Shown here piece by piece: positions 1 through 9,637 of a stretch of 34,947 nucleotides of DNA. The number at the start of each line of letters is the position of its first letter. Position 1 is the first letter of the stretch. The notes beneath the pieces are model-generated. The model was not told the origin of the DNA. It saw only the letters and a program-made list of their open reading frames with translations, and did not search any database. This stretch comes from a virus. A program made the position numbers and the translations under genes. The stretch lies in UHGV virus genome UHGV-0162383; one strand, 5' to 3'.

Positions 1-9
1 TTAGCAAGG

Positions 10-29
10 TTGTGTACATTTGTACACAA
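10..29. promoter_or_regulatory. Perfect inverted repeat TTGTGTACA-tt-TGTACACAA just upstream of the TetR-family gene; candidate autoregulatory operator
   Basis: 9-bp arms are exact reverse complements, placed about 20 bp upstream of the likely ATG at 50; TetR-family repressors typically bind palindromes overlapping their own promoter. Confidence 0.4.
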
Positions 30-49
30 TTGCAGAGAGAGGAAATGAC

Positions 50-586
50 ATGCGTCGCGCTAACGATCCGCAACGGCGAGAAAAAATTATCCAGGCCACG
101 CTGGAGGCGGTGAAACTTTACGGAATACATGCTGTTACGCACCGCAAAATTGCTACCCTTGCCGGGGTACCGTTGGGATCGATGACCTACTATTTTTCAG
201 GAATTGATGAGTTGTTGCTGGAGGCGTTCAGCAGTTTTACTGAGATTATGTCCCGGCAATATCAGGCATTTTTTAGCGATGTTAGTGATGCTCAAGGCGC
301 ATGCCAGGCTATCACCGATATGATCTACAGCTCACAGGTTGCAACGCCGGATAATATGGAGCTGATGTACCAGCTCTACGCGCTGGCTAGCCGAAAACCG
401 CTATTAAAAACGGTAATGCAAAACTGGATGCAGCGCAGTCAGCAAACGCTCGAACAATGGTTTGAACCCGGAACCGCCCGCGCGCTTGATGCGTTTATTG
501 AGGGGATGACGCTGCATTTTGTCACCGACCGTAAGCCGCTATCGCGCGAGGAGATTTTGAGGATGGTTGAGAGGGTTGCAGGGTAG
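50..586 (+). CDS. TetR-family transcriptional regulator (host flank of the prophage)
   Basis: N-terminal HTH signature ([41 protein letters not shown]); ORF runs from 20 (TTG) but ATG at 50 with AGGAAA-type RBS is the more plausible start; host-like GC content. Confidence 0.8.
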   Translation: MRRANDPQRREKIIQATLEAVKLYGIHAVTHRKIATLAGVPLGSMTYYFSGIDELLLEAFSSFTEIMSRQYQAFFSDVSDAQGACQAITDMIYSSQVATPDNMELMYQLYALASRKPLLKTVMQNWMQRSQQTLEQWFEPGTARALDAFIEGMTLHFVTDRKPLSREEILRMVERVAG

Positions 587-635
587 TAGATAAGTTTTAG
601 ATAACAAAAAACCCATTTATGTAAACGGGTTAATG

Positions 636-667
636 AAAACAATAAGTTAGAGTAAAAACAATAAGTT
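636..667. repeat. Tandem direct repeat AAAACAATAAGTT (x2, 6-bp spacer) next to the 3' end of int; candidate integrase arm-type sites / attL region
   Basis: Exact 13-bp repeat at 636-648 and 655-667, inside the 104-bp gap between the TetR stop and the int stop. Confidence 0.3.
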
Positions 668-690
668 GGGTTGGTGGTCAGTGGTGGTTA

Positions 691-1743
691 TTACGGGGTA
701 ATGCCAACCGCTGCCGCCACTTTGTCGCCACTTGGCAGCGTTGCCAGAGGATTGAAACGGAGCGCCGTTTCCAGATGATCCGGTGCCAGATGTGCGTAAC
801 GCATAGTCATTTTTATATCGTGGTGTCCGAGAATTTTTTGTAAGGCCAGAATGTTTCCACCCGACATCATGAAGTGCGCCGCAAACGTATGGCGCAGAAC
901 GTGTGTGAGTTGACCGCGAGGGAGCACGATAGACGTTTTTTCCATCACGGATAAAAATTGAAAATAGCAGTCTGTGAAGAAATTGAACCCATCAAGCGCC
1001 ATGATCTCTTCGTAAAGCTCTTTACTGATAGGGATGCTTCTGTTTTTCTTCCCCTTCGTTCTTACAAAGGTAATTCGGTATTTGGTCACCTGTGAACGAG
1101 TAAGATTTACGGCTTCTCGCCAGCGTGCGCCTGTGCTTAAGCATATCTTAACTACCAGTGCCAGAATTGGGTCCTGACGTTTGCAATCAGCCAGTAATTC
1201 AACAATCTGCTCATGGGTAAGCCATGCCATCTCTTTTTCTGCGATGGTGAATTTTCGCATGTTCTCCAGTGGGTTCGGATACGACCATTCGCCCAGGCGG
1301 GATAGTTCGCTAAAAACACTACTTAGATAGCTTTGCTCCAGGTTAATGGTGACCGGGCTTGCTCCTTTCTTCCATTTCTCGCTGAAGTAGATCTCACCTG
1401 TCAGGCGTTTATCTCGATAGTGGGCAAACATTTTAGAGGTTAGATCAGTTGCAAGGGGATTGCCCAGAGCGTCAACCATCAGCAGCAATTTGTCATAGAC
1501 ATGCTGCCCAGCTGTCAGTGATTTACCATGTAGTTTGAACCATAGCTCAACCACGTCTTTCAGTGTTCGACGATCCACTGATTCACCTAGCCAGGGCTTT
1601 GCTTCGGTTTCTTCCATCGTGTGACGCTCAAAAGCCAGTGCTTCGCCTTTGGTGGCGAATTGTTTACGCACACGACGTCCACTACGTCCGGCGGGGTAAC
1701 ATTCGCAAAGCCATTTTCCTGTGGTGAGTTTTCGTACTGCCAT
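691..1743 (-). CDS. int: Phage integrase, tyrosine recombinase (P2/186 Int family)
   Basis: 350 aa; C-terminal catalytic signature HVLRHTFAAHFMMSGGNILALQKILGHHDIKMTMRYAH (R..H..R..Y); N-terminus MAVRKLTTGKW...RKQFATKGEALAFE typical of P2/186 integrases; sits at the prophage end. Confidence 0.9.
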   Translation of the reverse strand: MAVRKLTTGKWLCECYPAGRSGRRVRKQFATKGEALAFERHTMEETEAKPWLGESVDRRTLKDVVELWFKLHGKSLTAGQHVYDKLLLMVDALGNPLATDLTSKMFAHYRDKRLTGEIYFSEKWKKGASPVTINLEQSYLSSVFSELSRLGEWSYPNPLENMRKFTIAEKEMAWLTHEQIVELLADCKRQDPILALVVKICLSTGARWREAVNLTRSQVTKYRITFVRTKGKKNRSIPISKELYEEIMALDGFNFFTDCYFQFLSVMEKTSIVLPRGQLTHVLRHTFAAHFMMSGGNILALQKILGHHDIKMTMRYAHLAPDHLETALRFNPLATLPSGDKVAAAVGITP

Positions 1744-1826
1744 AAAAAAGCCCTCATATCAGAGGGCTAAATTTAACTGTATATACAACCAGTAATCAAT
1801 GTGTGATTGCTATGAAACATACATTG

Positions 1827-3503
1827 CTAAGCAACATGTAGTTCATCGTTGGCGGAAGTGGCTGCTTTGCGTTCCTGCTCAATAGCTAGTGACTCTCTAT
1901 ATTCTTTCGCCTCTGCAAACATTGTCCAGTGGGCATTGATGTTCATATCTTCAATAACCGATTTAATTTCTTTAATATTTACGTTAAAAAACTCTTTTCG
2001 TGAGTTAATTTTATTGACCTGCTTTTCGTTGAAGACTTTATGCAGATGATTTTCTAATGACGGTGCATCATCACTATAAATCATCGCATGAACATCGAAC
2101 GAAAAAGGAACACTAGCATCCCCAAGTTCACGAACACGATCAAGTGGTTCAAGGCGGCGTGTCATTCCAATTTTATATACATCTTCGCCAAATGAGCCAA
2201 TATTGCTAATTATATAAACATGGCCTGATCTAGTTTGTTGAGCCATAGAAATAGCTCGTTGGTTTTTAGCTTCAGCTTCTTCATATTTTAACTGTAGTTC
2301 AGCTATTTTTTGCTCTAAAGCTAAGCGTTGTTCTTCATTTGCAAGCATAAGCTCTTTCGTTGCTTTATTTATAGCTTGCTGAATAGCTTTTTCTTCTTTT
2401 TCGGCTTCTTTTATCGCTTTTTCATACTCTCTACGAGCTCTTTCCTCTTCACGAAGCTGTTCTTTAATCCTTCTTTGCTCCTCTTTTTCTTCGAGCATAA
2501 TTTCATTAACTGCAACTCCCCATTTTAGCTCGTTGAGTCGTGCCTGAAGATAGATGTCACTTATTTTTGCGGATCTAAAAGCAGAGCCATTATAATTTAC
2601 AAGTTGAAATGCATCTTTTATTTCTTGGGAAAGTTTTCCAAAATTGTTGTGTTTGACTTTTGATAAAATACTGTCAACTCTTCCATTGAAGGCATCCAAA
2701 ACAAAGTTGATAGCAGTATTACGCCTGTTTTGCTCAACATAATCACACGAAGCTGCTTTATTAGTTTTTATTAATGATTTTGTTAACTCCCTGGCTTTTT
2801 GTAATTCCTTGCCTGCATCTGTAAACTCATAATTTTCTGCCAATTCATCAAGTACACTACGGTTAGGGATGATCCATTCATCGCCATAACCTTCAATTTT
2901 ATTTTTCATTGATTTGGCAACTGCTTCATATTTTTCTGCAAACTCTTTAGCTTCATATGCTGAACCAGCAATCTCTTTTGCTCTTTCTTCTGCATCGGAA
3001 ATAATTTTTACTGCGTTGTCATTAGCATTTGAGATCAGCTCATTTGCTTTACTGTTGGCATTATCAAGACGTTCTTTGGCTTTCAGGCGTGCATCGCGAG
3101 CGTCTTTGGTGATTGCTATAGCTTCGCTATTAGCGTTGCTTATTGTTATCTGAGCTTGATAACTTGCTTCGTTTACTGTCTTAGCTGCCTTTATTTGGGC
3201 TTCTTCTATTTTTTGCCTAGCTATTGAGTCTGCATTTTTTATCTTATTCTCTGCCTCCATCACTGCGCTGTGCAATTCTTCGTATTGCCATAATGGTGCT
3301 GCTCGCCCTTCAAGCTCTGATAGATCTCGTGCAGTCTGTGCTAACTTTTCTTGATTTTCACTCAGTTGGCTGGAAAGGGCTATGTTGTTAGCCGTCAGGT
3401 TATCTATGGCGGCTTTGTGTTCTTTACTTTGCTTAAATAATATTATAGCTAGAACAGGGGCGAGAAATGCTAATAAGAATATAACGATGGAAAATGAATT
3501 CAT
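1827..3503 (-). CDS. Membrane-anchored coiled-coil protein with DUF4041-like middle region and C-terminal T5orf172 (GIY-YIG-like) domain; cargo (moron) gene
   Basis: 558 aa; N-terminal hydrophobic helix (IVIFLLAFLAPVLAIILF), long A/E/K-rich heptad-like stretches, C-terminal GHVYIISN...VYKIGMT.R...R..E motif resembling GIY-YIG/T5orf172; strongly AT-rich compared with flanking int and cI. Confidence 0.6.
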   Translation of the reverse strand: MNSFSIVIFLLAFLAPVLAIILFKQSKEHKAAIDNLTANNIALSSQLSENQEKLAQTARDLSELEGRAAPLWQYEELHSAVMEAENKIKNADSIARQKIEEAQIKAAKTVNEASYQAQITISNANSEAIAITKDARDARLKAKERLDNANSKANELISNANDNAVKIISDAEERAKEIAGSAYEAKEFAEKYEAVAKSMKNKIEGYGDEWIIPNRSVLDELAENYEFTDAGKELQKARELTKSLIKTNKAASCDYVEQNRRNTAINFVLDAFNGRVDSILSKVKHNNFGKLSQEIKDAFQLVNYNGSAFRSAKISDIYLQARLNELKWGVAVNEIMLEEKEEQRRIKEQLREEERARREYEKAIKEAEKEEKAIQQAINKATKELMLANEEQRLALEQKIAELQLKYEEAEAKNQRAISMAQQTRSGHVYIISNIGSFGEDVYKIGMTRRLEPLDRVRELGDASVPFSFDVHAMIYSDDAPSLENHLHKVFNEKQVNKINSRKEFFNVNIKEIKSVIEDMNINAHWTMFAEAKEYRESLAIEQERKAATSANDELHVA

Positions 3504-3523
3504 TTTTAAATCCTTTTACTATA

Positions 3524-4120
3524 TCAATTTGAAACTATTGTACTTCTTATACAAGCAACCACTTCAATATCAGAAAATGCACATTCAAAGCTATTCTCTG
3601 TAGTTGTAATTTTAATCATACCTTTTGGAAGCTTTGTGATTTTTCGAATGGAATAGGTTCCGTCGATGTTGATTAACCAGTGTCCATCAAGTACTTCAGA
3701 AAATTTTTGATCACAAATGTATGTGACAAGCCCATCCTGAATAACAATTGGTGATGAAAGATTTGCAGGAAGAAATGATGAATCGAATACATATGAACCA
3801 TCTTCAATCATTTTGCCTGCGGTAAGGCGAAACTTGGGAAGCTCTTCTGTGGCTACTGTCAGCGAGCTTTGCTTAAGTCCTTGCCCGGTGGTTAACCATT
3901 TCAGTGAGGTTCCTGTTTCAAGAGCACATTGGATTATCCAGTCTGCAGGAAACGTATCCCGCAAATACCTGTTCGCCAGAGTGCTTTTTGATACTTCCAA
4001 GTGATCAGCTAAAGCCTGTCGTGTCGTAAAGCCATAAGCTTCGACTAATCGCTCAATCGCAGCCTTACCACCTTTATTGGGATTTATTTTGATCTCACTT
4101 GGGTACTTTGATGTTGACAT
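3524..4120 (-). CDS. cI: Phage immunity repressor, 186 CI-like (HTH N-terminal domain)
   Basis: 198 aa; N-terminal HTH-like segment (YGFTTRQALADHLEVSKSTLANRYLRD); position immediately after int and divergent from apl/cII-like genes, as in 186. Confidence 0.75.
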   Translation of the reverse strand: MSTSKYPSEIKINPNKGGKAAIERLVEAYGFTTRQALADHLEVSKSTLANRYLRDTFPADWIIQCALETGTSLKWLTTGQGLKQSSLTVATEELPKFRLTAGKMIEDGSYVFDSSFLPANLSSPIVIQDGLVTYICDQKFSEVLDGHWLINIDGTYSIRKITKLPKGMIKITTTENSFECAFSDIEVVACIRSTIVSN

Positions 4121-4215
4121 ATCTCTTTTGCGATCCTAGTATCAGTTTTGTCCCCATTTGGGTACTTGTCACGATTACTACAGGCTCACCACAAGCCAAT
4201 AGGAGATGTTGCATC
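4121..4215. promoter_or_regulatory. Lysis-lysogeny switch region between divergent repressor and apl/cII-like genes (expected to hold the lytic/lysogenic promoters and operators)
   Basis: Intergenic region between the divergent cI-like (-) and apl-like (+) starts; individual -35/-10 elements could not be assigned confidently. Confidence 0.4.
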
Positions 4216-4437
4216 ATGACCCCTAACATTTCAATAACTCTGAATACGCCACATGTCACAATTGAGCGTTATAGCGAACTTACTGGTCTTTCAATCGACA
4301 CAATTAACGATATGCTGGCTGACGGTCGCATCCCTCGGCATCGCCTTCGGAAAGACAAGAAAAGAGAAAAGGTGATGATCAACCTTGCTGCTCTTACCGT
4401 TGATGCACTTACTGATTGCAATGTTGTATTCAACTAG
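4216..4437 (+). CDS. apl: Apl/Cox-like small DNA-binding excisionase/repressor
   Basis: 73 aa from ATG 4216 with AGGAG 10 nt upstream; first gene of the rightward early operon, directly upstream of the cII-like gene; small basic protein. Confidence 0.5.
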
Positions 4438-4469
4438 TTCCATTTTGGGATACATCAGGGGTGTCGACC

Positions 4470-4979
4470 ATGTTTGATTACCAAGTTTCCAAACATCCAC
4501 ATTTTGATGAAGCCTGTCGTGCATTCGCATTGCGCCACAACCTGGTGCAACTGGCAGAACGTGCTGGCATGAATGTGCAGATTCTGCGGAACAAGCTGAA
4601 CCCATCTCAACCTCATTTATTAACCGCACCAGAAATCTGGCTGCTTACCGATCTGACTGAAGATTCAACGCTGGTAGATGGTTTTCTGGCACAGATTCAC
4701 TGCCTGCCATGTGTACCGATTAATGAGGTTGCAAAAGAGAAACTGCCGCATTACGTCATGAGCGCAACTGCAGAGATCGGACGTGTTGCAGCAGGTGCGG
4801 TATCTGGTGATGTAAAAACTAGTGCCGGTCGTCGTGATGCTATCAGCAGCATTAACTCTGTAACACGACTGATGGCGCTGGCTGCTGTTTCATTGCAGGC
4901 CCGTTTACAGGCTAATCCTGCGATGGCGAGTGCAGTTGATACCGTGACTGGCCTCGGTGCTTCATTCGGTTTGCTGTGA
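4470..4979 (+). CDS. cII: 186 CII-like transcriptional activator
   Basis: 169 aa from ATG 4470 ([45 protein letters not shown]...); size and position match 186 CII. Confidence 0.7.
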
Positions 4980-4986
4980 GGTGCTT

Positions 4987-5187
4987 ATGCTGACGAAAGA
5001 ACCATCATTTGCATCGCTGCTGGTAAAACAAAGCCCGGCAATGCACTACGGTCACGGCTGGATCATGGGTGAGGATGGTAAACGCTGGCATCCGTGCCGT
5101 TCACAAGATGAATTGCTGGCAGAACTATCTACGAAAAAACGGGGGAACAAATGGCTATTGAAGGCGCTGCGGCGACTGTTCCATTAA
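4987..5187 (+). CDS. Small early-operon protein of unknown function (possibly Fil-like)
   Basis: 66 aa ORF with GAGGTG RBS before ATG 4987; position corresponds to the fil/dhr region of 186 but identity not established. Confidence 0.4.
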   Translation: MLTKEPSFASLLVKQSPAMHYGHGWIMGEDGKRWHPCRSQDELLAELSTKKRGNKWLLKALRRLFH

Positions 5188-5492
5188 GCCCCGGTGAACG
5201 CCTGAATGGACTTAATCACATAGCGGAATTAAGGGCGAAAGTTTTTGGCCTGAATATTGAGTCAGAGCTTGAGCGGTTTATTAAAGATATGCGTGATCCA
5301 CGGGATATCAATAACGAACAAAATAAACGAGCACTGGCAGCCATATTCTTTATGGCAAAAATTCCGGCTGAACGTCATAGCATCAGCATCAATGAGCTGA
5401 CCACTGACGAAAAGCGGGAGTTGATTAAAGCAATGAATCATTTTCGTGCAGTGGTGAGCTTATTTCCCAGACGGCTAACCATGCCGAATTAA
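5151..5492 (+). CDS. Hypothetical early protein
   Basis: 113 aa ORF with GGGGGA RBS; phage-like GC content; overlaps the upstream gene by 37 nt in a different frame. Confidence 0.45.
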   Translation: MAIEGAAATVPLSPGERLNGLNHIAELRAKVFGLNIESELERFIKDMRDPRDINNEQNKRALAAIFFMAKIPAERHSISINELTTDEKRELIKAMNHFRAVVSLFPRRLTMPN

Positions 5493-5559
5493 CCAACTAA
5501 TGAAATTAATGGCGTAAACCCGCCGAGCATCCCTTTATCTAAATTCAGGAGAATTGATT

Positions 5560-5793
5560 ATGCGTAATATTGAAATCCTCACGACTAAAACCGGACCGGA
5601 TGATGCAGGGCTTAATATTTTACTGACAGAGGTTCGTCTGGAAGAACGCCGGGCAAGGGCTGAAGCAATGGCAGCTCGCCTTGATAGCCTGGCGTGTCAT
5701 ATCTCATCCCGTCAGCTAAACCACGTGGAAGCGGCAGAACTGCTGCGTGTGACTGCTGAAGCAATCCAGAACGAAGCGCAGGAGATCCACTAA
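5560..5793 (+). CDS. Hypothetical early protein
   Basis: 77 aa from ATG 5560 with AGGAG 8 nt upstream; stop overlaps the next start (TAATG). Confidence 0.45.
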   Translation: MRNIEILTTKTGPDDAGLNILLTEVRLEERRARAEAMAARLDSLACHISSRQLNHVEAAELLRVTAEAIQNEAQEIH

Positions 5794-6020
5794 TGGCTGA
5801 TGCAATGGATCTCGTACAGCAGCGCGTTGAAGAAGAACGCCAGCGCCATATCCGTGCTGCCCGTGCCAAAACACCGGGCGTGTCTCGCGTGCTTTGCATT
5901 GAGTGTGAAGCGCCAATTCCGCCAGCACGCCGCCGTGCCATTCCGGGTGTGCAGCTTTGCATTACCTGCCAGGAAATTGCAGAGCTGAAAGGCAAACATT
6001 ACAACGGAGGTGCTGTATGA
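5793..6020 (+). CDS. TraR/DksA-family C4 zinc-finger protein
   Basis: 75 aa with CxxC...CxxC (CIECEAPIPPARRRAIPGVQLCITCQ), the TraR/DksA zinc-finger pattern common in P2-like early operons. Confidence 0.7.
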   Translation: MADAMDLVQQRVEEERQRHIRAARAKTPGVSRVLCIECEAPIPPARRRAIPGVQLCITCQEIAELKGKHYNGGAV

Positions 6021-6874
6021 GCACCATCCTGAAATGGGCGGGAAATAAAACCGCCATTATGTCCGAACTGAAAAAACACCTTCCTGCAGGCCCGCGACTG
6101 GTTGAACCTTTCGCGGGTTCCTGTGCTGTGATGATGGAGACGGATTATCCCTGCTATCTGGTTGCGGATATTAATCCTGATTTAATCAACCTCTATAAAA
6201 AGGTTGCCGCTGATTGTGAGGTGTTTATATCTCGTGCCAGAGCTTTATTTGAGGACGCAAACAGGGAGGTGACTTATTACAACATAAGACAGGAGTTTAA
6301 TTACTCAACTGAAATTACTGATTTCATGAAAGCGGTATATTTCCTGTATCTCAATCGTCACGGTTACCGTGGGTTATGTCGTTATAACAAGAGCGGGCAT
6401 TTCAACATTCCATACGGTAATTATAAAAATCCGTATTTCCCTGAAAAAGAAATTCGCGCATTTGCAGAGAAAGCCCAGCGAGCAACGTTTATCTGCGCCA
6501 GCTTTGATGAAACGCTGGCGATGCTGCAGGTGGGGGATGTGGTGTATTGCGATCCGCCTTATGACGGTACGTTTTCCGGCTATCACACTGACGGCTTCAC
6601 TGAAGATGACCAGTATCACCTGGCATCCGTTCTTGAACATCGGTCATCAGAAGGATATCCGGTCATTGTTTCTAACAGTGACACATCCCTGATCCGTTCG
6701 TTGTATCGCAATTTCACCCACCACTACATCAAAGCAAAACGCAGCATCGGTGTGGCAGCTGGTGAGAGTAAATCTGCAACAGAAATCATCGCTGTTTCCG
6801 GGCCGCGCTGCTGGGTAGGATTTGATCCTTCGCGTGGCGTGGATTGTTCCGTCGTGTACGGAGTGCGTGCATGA
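6017..6874 (+). CDS. dam: DNA adenine methyltransferase (Dam-like, N6-adenine MTase)
   Basis: N-terminal ILKWAGNK...PFAGSCAV (AdoMet-binding) and DPPY catalytic motif ([15 protein letters not shown]); ATG 6017 with GGAGG RBS, ATGA overlap with the upstream stop. Confidence 0.85.
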   Translation: MSTILKWAGNKTAIMSELKKHLPAGPRLVEPFAGSCAVMMETDYPCYLVADINPDLINLYKKVAADCEVFISRARALFEDANREVTYYNIRQEFNYSTEITDFMKAVYFLYLNRHGYRGLCRYNKSGHFNIPYGNYKNPYFPEKEIRAFAEKAQRATFICASFDETLAMLQVGDVVYCDPPYDGTFSGYHTDGFTEDDQYHLASVLEHRSSEGYPVIVSNSDTSLIRSLYRNFTHHYIKAKRSIGVAAGESKSATEIIAVSGPRCWVGFDPSRGVDCSVVYGVRA

Positions 6875-9285
6875 GCCATGCTGATATGAACAACTGCAGC
6901 GGCTTTAATGAGGTCGCCGCAGCATTCTCATGGAACAGCCCGAAAAAGGCCATTAACCCTTATCTGGACCCGGCGGAAGTTGCGCCGGTTTCTGCGCTTT
7001 CAAACCTGATCACTCTGTACGCTGCCGATAACGAGCAGGAACAACTGCGCCGCGAGGCACTGAGTGATCAGGTCTGGGAGCGTTATTTCTTTAATGAATC
7101 CCGTGATCCTGTCCAGCGCGAAATGGAGCAGGATAAGCTCATTAGCCGGGCAAAGCTGGCGCATGAGCAGCAGCGTTTTAATCCGGATATGGTCATTCTG
7201 GCGGACGTCAACGCCCAGCCTTCCCATATCAGCAAGCCGCTGATGCAACGTATTGAATACTTTAGCAGCCTGGGCAGGCCAAAGGCTTATTCCCGCTATT
7301 TACGTGAGACGATTAAGCCATGTCTGGAACGACTGGAGCATGTACGCGACAGCCAGCTATCTGCATCTTTTCGCTTTATGGCAAGCCATGAAGGGCTGGA
7401 CGGCCTGCTGATCCTGCCTGAAATGAGTCAGGATCAGGTGAAGCGCCTGTCTACCCTTGTCGCCGCGCATATGAGCATGTGCCTTGATGCAGCTTGTGGT
7501 GATTTGTATGCCACCGATGACGTTAAGCCAGAAGAAATCCGCAAGACATGGGAAAAGGTGGCAGCGGAAACCCTGCGTCTGGATGTCATCCCGCCTGCGT
7601 TTGAGCAACTCCGCCGGAAAAGAAACCGCCGTAAACCCGTGCCCTATGAACTCATTCCGGGTTCGCTGGCGCGTATGTTGTGCGCCGACTGGTGGTACCG
7701 GAAATTATGGAAGATGCGTTGCGAATGGCGGGAAGAGCAGTTGCGTGCTGTCTGCCTGGTCAGCAAAAAAGCATCTCCCTATGTCAGCTATGAAGCCGTG
7801 ATGCATAAACGTGAGCAGCGCCGTAAGTCGCTGGAGTTTTTTCGTTCTCATGAACTGGTGAACGAAGACGGCGACACGCTGGACATGGAGGATGTGGTAA
7901 ACGCCAGCAGCAGCAACCCTGCGCATCGCCGCAATGAGATGATGGCCTGTGTTAAAGGCCTGGAGCTTATCGCGGAAATGCGTGGTGACTGCGCCGTTTT
8001 CTACACCATTACCTGTCCGTCACGTTTCCATTCCACGCTCAATAACGGCAGACCAAACCCAACCTGGACAAATGCGACGGTAAGACAAAGCAGCGATTAT
8101 CTGGTCGGCATGTTTGCTGCATTTCGTAAGGCGATGCACAAAGCCGGGTTGCGCTGGTATGGCGTGCGGGTGGCTGAGCCGCATCATGACGGTACGGTTC
8201 ACTGGCACCTGTTGTGTTTCATGCGCAAAAAAGACCGCCGTGCCATTACTGCATTGTTGCGTAAGTTTGCCATCCGTGAAGACCGCGAGGAACTGGGTAA
8301 TAACACTGGTCCACGCTTTAAATCTGAGCTGATAAACCCGCGCAAAGGAACACCGACAAGCTACATCGCGAAATACATTAGTAAGAACATTGACGGGCGT
8401 GGTCTGGCTGGCGAGATCAGCAAGGAAACGGGTAAATCCCTGCGTGATAACGCTGAATACGTTAATGCCTGGGCGTCTCTGCATCGTGTTCAGCAATTCC
8501 GCTTCTTTGGTATTCCGGGGCGTCAGGCTTACCGTGAACTGCGATTGCTGGCTGGTCAGGCGGCAAGGCAACAGGGCGACAAAAAAGCAGGTGCGCCGGT
8601 ACTGGATAACCCGCGCCTTGATGCCATCCTGGCTGCTGCTGATGCTGGTTGTTTTGCCACTTACATCATGAAGCAGGGTGGTGTACTGGTTCCCCGCAAA
8701 TATCACCTCATCAGAACTGCTTATGAAATTAACGAAGAGCCGACCGCCTATGGCGATCACGGCATTCGTATTTATGGCATCTGGTCACCCATTGCAGAGG
8801 GCAAGATCTGCACTCATGCAGTGAAGTGGAAAATGGTTCGTAAAGCCGTTGACGTTCAGGAGGCGGTAGCCGACCAGGGCGCTTGCGCCCCTTGGACTCG
8901 TGGCAATAACTGTCCCCTTGCTGAAAATTTGTACCAACAAGGGAAAGACAAATCAGCTGATGGAGATACCAGAACGGATATCACCCGCATGGATGACAAG
9001 GAGTTGCACGATTACCTGCACAGTATGAGCAAAAAAGAGCGCCGGGAACTGGCTGCAAGGTTACGCCTGGTGAAACCGAAACGGCGTAAAGACTACAAAC
9101 AGCGAATTACAGACCATCAGCGACAGCAGCTCGTCTATGAACTGGAGTCCAGAGGATTTAATGGCAGCGAGAAAGAGGTCGATTTACTCCTTCGCGGCGG
9201 CAGTATTCCGTCAGGAGCAGGTCTGCGTATCTTCTATCGGAACCAGCGTTTGCAGGAAGATGATAAGTGGCGAAACCTGTATTAA
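6871..9285 (+). CDS. A: Replication initiation protein A (rolling-circle HUH endonuclease, P2 gpA family)
   Basis: About 804 aa; HUH motif ([13 protein letters not shown]) and downstream Tyr-containing segment ([10 protein letters not shown]); ATG 6871 overlaps the dam stop (ATGA); the six-frame ORF begins upstream at TTG 6844. Confidence 0.9.
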   Translation: MSHADMNNCSGFNEVAAAFSWNSPKKAINPYLDPAEVAPVSALSNLITLYAADNEQEQLRREALSDQVWERYFFNESRDPVQREMEQDKLISRAKLAHEQQRFNPDMVILADVNAQPSHISKPLMQRIEYFSSLGRPKAYSRYLRETIKPCLERLEHVRDSQLSASFRFMASHEGLDGLLILPEMSQDQVKRLSTLVAAHMSMCLDAACGDLYATDDVKPEEIRKTWEKVAAETLRLDVIPPAFEQLRRKRNRRKPVPYELIPGSLARMLCADWWYRKLWKMRCEWREEQLRAVCLVSKKASPYVSYEAVMHKREQRRKSLEFFRSHELVNEDGDTLDMEDVVNASSSNPAHRRNEMMACVKGLELIAEMRGDCAVFYTITCPSRFHSTLNNGRPNPTWTNATVRQSSDYLVGMFAAFRKAMHKAGLRWYGVRVAEPHHDGTVHWHLLCFMRKKDRRAITALLRKFAIREDREELGNNTGPRFKSELINPRKGTPTSYIAKYISKNIDGRGLAGEISKETGKSLRDNAEYVNAWASLHRVQQFRFFGIPGRQAYRELRLLAGQAARQQGDKKAGAPVLDNPRLDAILAAADAGCFATYIMKQGGVLVPRKYHLIRTAYEINEEPTAYGDHGIRIYGIWSPIAEGKICTHAVKWKMVRKAVDVQEAVADQGACAPWTRGNNCPLAENLYQQGKDKSADGDTRTDITRMDDKELHDYLHSMSKKERRELAARLRLVKPKRRKDYKQRITDHQRQQLVYELESRGFNGSEKEVDLLLRGGSIPSGAGLRIFYRNQRLQEDDKWRNLY

Positions 9286-9379
9286 TTACGCGGGTTAACA
9301 ATTCGTGCTCTTAATAATACCAGGCATATCAGGCTGATGAACGTAAAAAAACGTTTTACATCAGTAAGATTATTATATA

Positions 9380-9395
9380 CTGTAAATATAAACAG
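9380..9395. promoter_or_regulatory. LexA (SOS) box CTGT-N8-ACAG: taCTGTaaatataaACAGtg
   Basis: Canonical CTGT-N8-ACAG with AT-rich spacer, about 45 bp upstream of the Tum-like/DinI-like gene pair. Confidence 0.65.
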
Positions 9396-9438
9396 TGGTT
9401 ATGTATACAGTATTGCTTGTGGTGTCATAGGAGGAAAG

Positions 9439-9627
9439 ATGCAGGACTATTTTTTGGAGTCTTTGAAGCTCCAGCGCATTGATTTTTTTCTTAAGCTTGT
9501 AGCGGCTAGTGAGTGTAGTGATGAAGAGAAGGGGCTGGCTTTGCAGTGGGTTTCTGAACTGACAGATGAACTCATGGCAAAAATCAGAAGCCACGAATAC
9601 AACCGCTCAATGGATGTCATCAGCTGA
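9439..9627 (+). CDS. Small protein downstream of the LexA box; candidate Tum-like SOS-inducible antirepressor
   Basis: 62 aa from ATG 9439 with AGGAGG RBS; position and LexA control match the 186 tum locus; no sequence-level confirmation. Confidence 0.4.
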   Translation: MQDYFLESLKLQRIDFFLKLVAASECSDEEKGLALQWVSELTDELMAKIRSHEYNRSMDVIS

Positions 9628-9637
9628 GGGGACTTTT

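Noticed and set aside
596-632. Hairpin-like sequence cccatttatgtaaacggg after the TetR-family gene
   Set aside because: Imperfect stem, no T-run; could equally be part of the att region.
6844-6870. TTG start for gene A at 6844
   Set aside because: ATG at 6871 with upstream GGAG and ATGA coupling to the dam stop is more plausible.
8020-8760. 246-aa ORF on the - strand
   Set aside because: Antisense within replication gene A; no RBS or recognisable motif.
9396-9410. Possible second LexA half-site (gTGg-N8-ACAG)
   Set aside because: Only the ACAG half and TG match; too degenerate to call.
9337-9438. Upstream extension of the Tum-like ORF to ATG 9337
   Set aside because: Would place the LexA box and likely promoter inside the coding region; ATG 9439 has an AGGAGG RBS.
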